A DNA stretch of 64,000 bases from Eledone cirrhosa (lineage: Eukaryota), in contig OZ024741.1 in assembly GCA_964016885.1 (NCBI GenBank), positions 392,956,001-393,020,000 of the forward strand, read 5' to 3'. Position 1 is the first letter of the stretch. The number at the start of each line of letters is the position of its first letter. This document shows, one piece after another, positions 26,688-37,261 of this stretch. A program made the position numbers and the translations under genes. The notes beneath the pieces were generated by a model. That model was given only the letters and a program-made list of their open reading frames with translations, had not been told where the DNA came from and ran no database searches.

Positions 26688-28990
26688 TTTCTTTATTATT
26701 GGCCACAAGAGCCGAACGTAGAGGACAATACAAAGACAGTAAATCGAGTAAAAAAATTAACAAAAATTGTCAACTATAGAATTCCCCAATAGGAGGGATA
26801 CCATCCAGGGGTGACGTTAGGAACGCCATAAATCCCAACCCACCCTCATCTCCAAGAGCACCCGAGGTGGGCGCTCCTCTCTCTTTCAATATTTCCAGCC
26901 TACAGGTGCATGTTCAGAATGGACCCATTCACACGCGCCATCCTCGCAATAATCACCCACCTTTTAAAAATGTCCTGGGCGCAGCATTTCTCTATCCACC
27001 CCCATCTTCCTTTCCAAGTGGAACTTTAAAAAGTTGACGTGGGCTTGGCCAAAGAGGAAAGTGTCTGACTTCAGAAATTTCAGTCACGTCCACCACACAA
27101 CCTCTTTCGTTACAGCTATCAAAGGAAAACTGCCGGATTTTCCCGGCCAAAAGAAGGCGGCGGGCGATCTTCACCGTGGATTCGGTCGATAGCCGAATCC
27201 GTCCCCCACGTGACAACAGCTGTTCGACATAACTCCATAAGTCAGTATCGCACGGTCACTGGACGAGAGTGAACAGAACGGTTTTGTGACACTGCGCGCA
27301 TCTCGGACAGCTCCGTCTGACAGCACTTCCGTGCCTGTAGAGTTTATCTCGAACCAGCAGTTCCCCCCGGTAGCACTGCCAAGTGATGGATTTCTGAAAA
27401 TTGTCCATAGTCCCCGGCTCAAAAGTTCTCTAGAACAGACTGGTCAGTTCAATTTCATCCACGCCCAGAGTCTCTCCTAGTTCTCGATAAACCTCGAGAG
27501 TGGAAGTTCCACTGATCGCATTGCCCGCCTGGTTGAGAACAGTGAGCACTTGGCAACATTGCAGGTGCCAAGCGCCCAGTCACAGTCTCTTCTTGACCCA
27601 GGACTAGGGTTCAGTCAAAGAGAGGAGCTGTGGAAAGGCCTGTCTCACAAATGGTGACCACACCTGTTCACCGTTTAGGCAGAATATTTGGAAATGCCGC
27701 AGCCTCAGCGCTTGTTTGTACATCATTATCCACGGCATACCCAGCCATTTGCGTAAAGGGTGTTGGCAGCAAATAGACCGACCCCCACCAAGGGAAACTG
27801 TCCCTTCCACAAGAAGTTGAAGAAAAGCAGTCCCAATTTGGCGAGGCCGAACGGGGGTAAGGCACGACGGTCAACAGGTAGTAGATGACGGATGCGATGT
27901 ACGCGTTCGCCACCTCCATCCGACCATTCAGGGACAGCTTCCTCTCATCCAATTTCTGGGTGAGAGTGGCTATCCTATCGTAACCTCGTCCCAATTCGTA
28001 TCCACCTGGCCTGGATGTCTGGTCCGAACCAAACCCCAAGCAACTTTACCAGTCCATCTGCCCAGTGCCCAACGATGCTGTTGGACGGCATGGACCTGCC
28101 TCTCCAGGTGCCGAGTCGCTCCCGGGTTTAGTTTTGATCCCGTGAACCTTTCATATTTCTCCAAGAAGGTTCCGACTACATCGATTTCCGAGGTGGTCGA
28201 CATCATCACGGTGATTTCGTCCGCATATGCCGACACAGCCTTTCCGCGTCCCTGCAACAGCTCCAGTTTCCATAGTAAAGGCTCGAGAATCAATACGTAC
28301 AGAAGAGAACGACAGACTGATCGGGAGATCTAAAACGGTTCCGAAAGATGGCCATTAACGTTGACCACCGAGCAGATGCACTGTGCGTTGCAGTGGTCCA
28401 GCCTCTGAAGACGGGACCGAAGCCAGCTACCTTGAGGACGGCCTCCAGGTATCGATGGTCGACCCTATCGAAAGCTTTCGATTGATTTAAATTGATCAAC
28501 GCTTCACCGAAGCCAGGTTTACACCCTGCCCTCTCTATGGTGTATCGCATGAGGTGGCGGTTGTCGTATATAGACCTGGTCGGGTTTGCATAAGTTTGCA
28601 CCTGCCCTACCAAATCCTCGACGACAAGCGCAAACCCTTTCGCTAACATCCTGGCCAAAATCTTAAACTCTGTGTTCAGCAGAGTTATGGGCCTGAAGTT
28701 GCCTAACGTATCCCTCTTGTTCTCGGCATTTCTTTCAGCGTCACTACACCCCGGCTCACATAACCTGGAATACTCCCGTTATGCTATCAGTTGCAGAAGA
28801 GCGCTTCGAGAAGATTGGAGTAGAAGTCTGGCATATCTACGTAAAGCTCGTAGGGCAGACCATCCAAACCGAGTGACTTGCACCTCGTGCAGGCGACTAG
28901 GGCATTCCGAATTTAGGCTGAAGTTATCGGCCTTTCGCAGCGCCCAGCATCGGCCGTCGAGAGACGCAGTAGGCTGTCGAGGCAGAGACA
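26688..28990 (-). mobile_element. 5'-truncated decayed Tx1-clade LINE (RT and C-terminus)
   Basis: NQSKAFDRVDHRYL, VSAYADEITV, RKLSLNGRMEVAN; AATAAA at the 3' end; homologous to 18410-19900. Confidence 0.88.
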
Positions 28991-29255
28991 GAAAAAATGA
29001 TATACATTCTAAATGAAGGACCGAACTTTACCTATCAGGAACCACTAATAAAATTAAAAATACATAATTGGACACGAAAGGAATATGTTTCGATTCTAAA
29101 TACTATTTCATAAGACCCTACCTTAAAAACGAAAATATAACAGTTTATTATTATAAAATCTTGGAGAAAAATAATTCACACCCTCGTTTAAAACTCGTCT
29201 CCAACAAATTAGCAAACCTAAGAATTCAAACCATGAAGATAAAATATATATATAT

Positions 29256-29848
29256 AGAAATAGGATTTAGCTTCAAGCATAGCTGTATACAGATATGTAT
29301 AGAAATTTCGTATTTCTAAAGAAACACGGTATGTTTACAGGGTAAACATTTAGGAAGCCGTAGCTATGCAAACACCGAGGCTAACGTCATCTGGTGGTGT
29401 CCAGCAGAAGCAAGGGGGACAACCGTCTATGCATATCAGGCTTGACTGGCCTTCATCAGGACGGTCCCAGGTTTACCCTGTAAACATACCGTGTTTCTTT
29501 AGAAATACGAAATTTCTATACATATCTGTATAAAGCTATGCTTGAAGCTAAATCCTATTTCTCTTCTATTATAAGTTGAGCCAACTTATGCAGCCTCATA
29601 TGCAAATGAGATTAATCACCTCATTTACACAGACGAGAAAACTATATATTCTCGACTGTTCTCAAGTCTAGCAGTCGCAAGCGGTAGGAGGGACCGTCCT
29701 GATGAAGGCCAGTCAAGCCTGAAATGCATAGATGGTTGTCCCCCTTGCTTCTGCTGGACACCACCAGAGGGCGTTAGCCGCGGTGTTTGCACAGCTACGG
29801 CTTCCTAAATGTTTACCCTGTAAATACACCGTGCTTCTTTAGAAATAC
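29256..29848 (+). mobile_element. Retrozyme-like HHR element: 340-bp monomer, 38-bp terminal redundancy and 213-bp inverted copy
   Basis: GTTTACCCTGTAAA at 29471 and 29811; 29256-29468 is the reverse complement of the HHR-to-junction-to-start segment. Confidence 0.85.
29666..29759 (+). ncRNA. Type I hammerhead ribozyme
   Basis: CTGATGA (29699-29705), stem II AGGC/GCCT, GAAA (29721), palindromic stem III A-TGCA-T-A, long stem I (ACCGTC/GATGGT, GGGAC/GTCCC, GTCTAGCAG..GCAAG/CTTGC..CTGCTGGAC). Confidence 0.85.
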
Positions 29849-29889
29849 CAAATGTTTATATATATATATATAATGAAATAGAAAGCAAT

Positions 29890-30266
29890 TAGGTTATACC
29901 TCACCACATGAAGACGCCGGACTAAGACATGGTGGTAATAAAGACAACATAGAAATTAGAATAATATCTAAACATAGAAATGGCTCAACAGGTAGACAAA
30001 TTAGAGAAGCAACTGAAATAGAACTAAGAAAACCGAAGCTGAACAGAAAACATGAATGGAACAACAACAGCCATACACAAACACACAACAGTGGTCTAAG
30101 ATGGAATATAAATATACACAGATACAATAACAACACCCACACATAAACAAACACTAGTGACCAAAGGTAGAATATAAATACATAAACACACACAGACTCA
30201 GACATGAACACACGAATACACACCAAACAGAATACACGTACACAAACGCATGCGCAACCAGAGATA

Positions 30267-30313
<47 letters not shown>

Positions 30314-30420
30314 ACAAAATAGAATAAGTAAACATTACAGCAATACAGCGGGAGGAAACATAATAGTATCACTGATGATGTGCCAGGTGTGTGACGAAAG
30401 ATCTCTGAGAAATTATACAT
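29890..30420 (+). mobile_element. PLE 3' end (GIY-YIG C-terminus, CA-rich UTR, minimal HHR at 30368-30409)
   Basis: IEIRIISKHRNGSTGRQIREATEIELRKPKLNRKHEW, paralogous to 15320-15440; CTGATGA(30372)..GAC-GAAA-GATC-TC. Confidence 0.8.
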
Positions 30421-30699
30421 ATATATATTTATATCTATATTTGTAACTGTTGGTCAATCAATGGTAAACATTGATTGCCAGCTAAATTAACTAAAGGGAT
30501 ATAAAATATACGAAGCAAAAACCAACGCAACCCAAACAGTGGGTGTGTTTTATTATATATTTCTGATATTAGTATTATGACAATATGATTCTCCCCAAAT
30601 ATAACAATATTTATTGCAACACACGATGTCATATAAAAAACATTGCAAAACAAATTCACACACACACACATATATATATAAATATATATATATATATAT

Positions 30700-31169
30700 G
30701 TAGATAAATCTACCAAGAGTTTACGGTAGTGTCCAATCCGTATGAAGAACTCAATGTAATCCGGATATCATGGAAAGAAGAGATGCTATGAAAAATCACT
30801 TTCGGTGAAAGATAAACGGAATACAGAGTCAAGATAAAATATTAAAAAAATAATGAATAAAACAATGAAACAGTTCCTTATATTAAACAAAAAAAGTTCA
30901 TTATTTAACGATCGTTTCTAGGATATATATGTGTTAGAATTGGCATGCATATTCAACAGATCTATGTACAAAATTATACAAAATTATACAAACAATGTAT
31001 GTATATTTAATTTTGATAGTTTGTATAATTTTGTATAATTTTGTACATAGATCTGTTGAATATGCATGCCAATTCTAACACATATATATCCTAGAAACGA
31101 TCGTTAAATAATGAACTTTTTTTGTTTAATACAAGGAACTGTTTCATTGTTTTATTCATTATTTTTTTA

Positions 31170-31178
<9 letters not shown>
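30700..31178 (-). mobile_element. Hairpin element: 160-bp arms (30834-30993, 31019-31178) plus tail; same family as 2169-2645
   Basis: One mismatch between arms; tail motifs CCGTATRAAGAACTCAATGTAATCCG and ATACAGAGTCAA are shared. Confidence 0.8.
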
Positions 31179-31227
<49 letters not shown>

Positions 31228-31397
31228 AAAATGAGATTTAAAAAAAGAAAAGCGAAAAAAAACTATATCTCCTACATGGATGAAAGTATAAGGGGAAAAG
31301 AAATCGAAAATGCAGCTGGAGTCTTTTAAGAATATTTATTTATTAAACTTTACCGGTTTCACAGTAAAATTAAGATGGTTTGTGTCGCATCTGGTTT

Positions 31398-31974
31398 GTG
31401 TTCGAAAGTTCTTTCTGTTTTATGCGGAAAGAGTGGCTCGTATTGCTGGGTGGGTTGGGGGGGGGGGGGGGGGGTTAAAGCAATTTAGTTGGTTGATGGC
31501 TGTTACGTGAATAAATACAATGAATTTCGCGCAAGTTCGTGTTCGAAAGTTCTTATTGTATTTGCCTTAAAAAATGTGGCTCAAATTGTTTTGTTTTTTT
31601 TCTTTAAGTTTAATTTGGCTGGTCGATGATTGTCACGTGAATAAGTACATAAAATTTCGCGCCAGTTCGTGTTCGAAGTTTTTTTTAATTGTATTTGCCA
31701 TTTTAATTGTTAGTCACAGTCACATGATTGGCCATATAATATAGGTGACAGAAAAGGATGGTTTGTCATAGAAAGTTTTGTGCCAGACAAAAGATAATGG
31801 TGAAGAAATGGGAGGGGGGGAGAAATAGTTCTGATTCAGTGAGTATGGCTGATGTCGTGGTGAGGTGTCAACATTCAGACTTTTTATTGAAATAAATTGA
31901 ATGTTTGTGTCGATAGTGGCGGCGGTGGTGATGGTGGTGGCAGGGTAGAAAAGAGAAAGATTTGTTTTTGTGCT

Positions 31975-32007
<33 letters not shown>

Positions 32008-32816
32008 TAAAGCGGTTTATCGTCTTGATAATAGAAATAAAATTGATTCCATTAGTAGAAATGGAGAAGGCTGTTATGTGTGTGTAAGGGGTGTGGGTAT
32101 GGTTAGGATATTAAGGTTTTAAAATATTAACGTATGTTAAACTATATTTAGCTCTGCTCTTTTATTTTCGAATATAGAAAAGGGTGTTATGTGTGTGTGT
32201 GTGGGGGAAGGGGGGGTGACTGGGTGTGTGCGTGTGTGTGTGGCTGGTTACCATGTAATGGTGTTAACATATTAACGTATGTTAAACTATATTTAATGCT
32301 GGTTTATATTTTCGAATAACTTATTCGTATTTGTTCTGTTGTATAGTCAGTGCAAAGATAAAGTGGGAAGATATGGAATTTGGGTGTCTTATTGTTTGCA
32401 CATATGTCTAGATGTGCACTGAGTGGTATCTGTCTTGCGGTACGGTCTCGTAATTGTTGGTCATGAATTGTCATTCTGTTTCTGAGGGTGAGTTTAGTTT
32501 GCCCTATATAATCTTTAATACATCCTTTACATTTAATGGCATAAACTAAATTTTTTGATGAGCAAATAAAATGATTTTTTACAACAAAATGTTATCCTGA
32601 TGGAAATGTATACATTGTGTAACTATATTATATGGCCAATCATGTGACTGACTAACAATTAAAATGGCAAATACAACAAAGAACCTTCGGACACGAACTG
32701 GCACGAAATTTTATGTACTTATTGACGTAACAGTCATCAACCAACCAAATTACTTTCCCCACCCCCAGCAATTCGAGCCACTCTTTCCGCATAAAACAGA
32801 AAGAACTTTCGAACAT
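31398..32816. repeat. Inverted pair of repeat copies (31398-31744 vs 32622-32816), left arm with internal ~120-bp tandem units
   Basis: CACATGATTGGCCATATAATATAG vs CTATATTATATGGCCAATCATGTG; TTCGAAAGTTCTTTCTGTTTTATGCGGAAAGAGTGGCTCG vs its reverse complement at ~32775-32815. Confidence 0.75.
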
Positions 32817-33432
32817 ATAATTGAAAAAAAAAAATTAGAATTTAATTTTTCGCTCTCACATAGCTGATTACATAAATGTGTTTATGGGTTTTATATCGAA
32901 TAATAATTATTATTATTATATTCGATTCGCCTGCAAGTTAACAGCCTGATTATGCAATGATTTGTTTTGTTAATTATTCGATATAAAACTCATAAATACA
33001 TTATTTAAGGTTTCTTATCTAAATATCTTTTCAACGTATATCAAGTATTTTCATGAATATTGTTTTATACTTATGATTTTATGGAAACTTTTACGAAAGA
33101 CTGGGGTTTGTTCTGATTTAGTACATAATTAAAATAAATGTATATTAATGTGTCTTTATATCTTTACAGTGTGTGTCGATTATTTTCATAAAGATCCATA
33201 TTTGTTTTGATTTAGTATATATTTAATTAGATTTATATTAATATTTCTATAGATGAAATTAGAATAGATACCAAATATTAGAAAAACTATAATGGTTCTT
33301 AATATATCTTTAGGGAGTTTGGTTTTCAACTTTCCAAATTTATAAGTAGAAATATTTGGATCTTATCTTATATACGTACATATGTAAAACTCACACATAT
33401 ACATATATGTAATATAAAGTATATATATATAT

Positions 33433-34950
33433 CAACCACCCGGCTTCTCAACACCAACAGCTGATCGACCTGTTCGCAGAGTCCTTCCCTTCCATCGCGG
33501 TCCCTCCCCGTCGGCTTGGTTCTCCTTAGGAGCCCCAATCACAGACCTGGCCTTCGAGTCAACCATCCAATCGAAGATGGTTGGCCTTGAACAGCTGCTG
33601 AGGAATATCGAAGTTATCGAACCCCATCAAGGTTTCTTCATACTCAGGAACTACCTGTCTATTCCTAAGCTTCTGTATCTGCTCAGGGTCAGCCCCTCTC
33701 ACAGATTTCCGTCCTGCCTTCAATGCTTCAACGACCTAATCTTCGAGAGACTCGAGTGCCTGGTCAATGTTAGACTCTCTCCAGAGTCCCGCGAACAGGC
33801 TGCGTTGCCCAAGCGATTTGGGGGTCTTGGTCTCCGTAAGTGTTCGTCCCTCTCTCTCTCTCCTGCTTCCTTTCCTCCACCTACGCTTGCTCCACCCTGG
33901 TGAGCAGCATCCTCTCCTCTCCAACATGGACTAGTTCCAACAGGGAGTTGGGTGAAGCTCTCTAGCAATGGAGTGAGTTGGGTTTGTCTCTTCTTGAGAA
34001 GGTGGAGGACAGTCGAAGTCAGAGAAATTGGGACAGCATAAGTTCGAAGGCCACCTTCGACTCCCTCTTCGTCCACATCAGATCAGTTTGCAAGGTGCCG
34101 CTTACTGTCTGCCAGCACCAAATACTCAGGTGATTGGGTTGATGCCCTACCCGTGGCCAAGGTTGGTGGCCTACTCAGCCTGGACGAACTTCGTGTCTCC
34201 ATCGCCTTCAGAGTGGGAGCCGACGTCTGCATGGGTTTGAGGTGCCGATGCGGCAAAGTCCTCGACTCTACAGGCCTCCACGGTCTTTCTTGCCGCCTGA
34301 ATGCTGGCCGCTTCGCACGTCACACGGAGCTAAACCTCCTTCTGAAGAGAGCTTTGGCCCGGGCCAATATCCGCTCAGTCTTGGAACCATCTGGGTTGTC
34401 CAGAAGTGCCGGCAAAAGACCTGACGGTCTTACCCTTTGCCCCTGGTCGAGAGGCAGGTGCCTTGTTTGGGACGTCACTCTTAGTGACTCTTTTGCTCTC
34501 TCCCACATCCTGGATGCTGCGGTTAGGACGAGAGCTACAGCTTCCGCAGCCGAGCGGAGTAAGACCCTCAAATACTCTGATCTGTCGGCCAGCTACATTT
34601 TTCAGCCTGTGGCTTTCGAGACGTTTGGGGGAGTCGGGCCGCTGATTGCGAGGTTCCTTTCCTCACTGGCGGTTCGCCTAATAGAGGTGACTGTCGAATC
34701 TCGCGAGGGTGCTTAGCTGTTTCAGCGCATCAGCCTCGCCATCACCTGAGGCAACGCTGCGATTGTGCTGGCTTGCCTCAAAAATCATTAGAGAGGTTGC
34801 CCAGTACTCGCGATGTTGCTATGTTTTGCTCTGGTGTTGGCTCCGTTGTTCACCCCTTCCTTTACATTTTCTTTTATATTGTAGCATTGAAGGAATATAT
34901 CTTTCATTATATCATCCTTTGTAGTGTTACCGAGGCATTTGTAATGTTAT
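33433..34950 (+). mobile_element. CRE-like non-LTR element, 5'-truncated, decayed
   Basis: LGAPI, LSIPKLLYLLR, QAALPKRFGGLGLR, CRCGKVLDSTGLHGLSC, RHTELN, KRPDGLTL, WDVT, PVAFETFG. Confidence 0.9.
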
Positions 34951-35067
34951 TTATGTATATATTTGAGACATATTCGTTGTATTATTCTACTGTAAATTTA
35001 TTTATATGCTCTGTTTATATTTTCATTCTGAAGGAATTGCAAACGATTTGTAATGTTGTTTGTGCAA

Positions 35068-35200
35068 CTACGTCCCTTTACGATCTGAGTTCAAATCCTG
35101 CCAAGGTTAACTTTGCCTTTCATCCTTACGAGGTCGATAAAATAAAGTACCAGTAATGTACTGGGTAATTGCTGGCCGTGTGCCGAAAGTAGAAACAATT
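35068..35200 (+). mobile_element. SINE fragment
   Basis: CTGAGTTCAAATCC..GGTTAACTTTGCCTTTCATCC..TAAAGTACCAG. Confidence 0.8.
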
Positions 35201-35245
35201 AATTGTATTATATGTGTTTATATTTTCATTATGTAAGAATTATAA

Positions 35246-35319
<74 letters not shown>

Positions 35320-35557
35320 ATATAGATATAGAATATTTACGTATCGAGAGAGAGAAGGGGGGATAGGTGATACATGTAGTTATTTGCCAATAGCGAATGC
35401 AAAGGGTACTCAATACTAGTGCCAGCAGTGTTAAATATTAGAAGTGTTAATATCTAGTGGGCGAGAGAATTACCAGAGCGTAAGCAGGTGGAGACATAAA
35501 TATAGAACACGGTTAAAACATGTTTTAACGGTTTGTTCTCCTATATTTATTTCTCCA

Positions 35558-36315
35558 CATATATACATGGTGGCTGCCAACTCGTTTTCGAGTACGGCCA
35601 CTACTTTATATCCATGTAGGAGAACCCCCACTGATGCGCTGAACGAGTGTGACTTTTTAGTCCAGCCAGCGACTTGAAAACTCTGGTACAAACACTACAC
35701 TTGTGACAATTATTGACACATAGTGCTGGGCCGATGGTACCATGTGACGACAAGTGCAGAGAGATCTCCAGATATAAAGCAATGCCTGTGCCGTGAAGCT
35801 TTTATAGTGAGCAAAGGCACTGCACAAAGCCAGTCCCACTCTCTTAACCAAGATGATATTTACCAAAAAGAAGAACAAATCAACATCATTGGATACCATC
35901 AGGGTTGCAGGTGTTATATCAGAGTTTTCCTTCTCCTAGAATTCTGCCTTGACAAAGGCTAAGGGGTCATCTCTCCCAGATACATACATACATACATACA
36001 TACATACATACATACATACATACACATATATATATATACATGGTGGCTGCCAACTCGTTTTCGAGTACGGCCACTACTTTATATCCATGTAGGAGAACCC
36101 CTACCGATGCGCTGAACGAGTGTGACTTTTTAGTCCAGCCAGCGACTTGAAAACTCTGGTACAAACACTACACTTGTGACAATTATTGACACATAGTGCT
36201 GGGCCAATGGTACCATGTGACGACAAGTGCAGAGAGATCTCCAGATATAAAGCAATGCCTGTGCCGTGAAGCTTTTATAGTGAGCAAAGGCACTGCACAA
36301 AGCCAGTCCCACTCT

Positions 36316-36318
<3 letters not shown>
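35558..36318. repeat. ~285-bp near-identical direct duplication (35558-35845, ~36030-36318)
   Basis: TACATGGTGGCTGCCAACTCG...AGCCAGTCCCACTCTCTT occurs twice, separated by an RTE-leader-like piece and (TACA)n. Confidence 0.9.
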
Positions 36319-36781
<463 letters not shown>

Positions 36782-37115
36782 ATCGTTTTCGTCAGATAAA
36801 ATAGGGAGACATGATTTGATCTTATATATTATTTATACTCCAGTCCTACAAACTGTAGAGTGCTACTGATCCGATATCTGCATTGCTTTATTGTACTACA
36901 TTAAAACTCACCTCCTATATATATATTAATAAGAGGAATTCCAACTTTGTCTGATTTACTCGTTTTATTTACAATCCTTTAAAATTTATAATGGTATTAT
37001 AATGAAATAGTATGATAGAATATTAAATGTTAAGTGTTAATTGAACAAGTACTTTCATGCTTTCGCAATCTTCGGGTTCATAATGTGTGGTGACAGTCAA
37101 GTTTGCAATTTTCAA

Positions 37116-37152
<37 letters not shown>

Positions 37153-37261
37153 TTAAGGATACTATTTATGGTTATGTATACAATAAAACCTTTTATGGTT
37201 ATATATATTTTAAACCCTAAATAGTGAAAGCCATGCGCCTTCACACATATATATATATATA

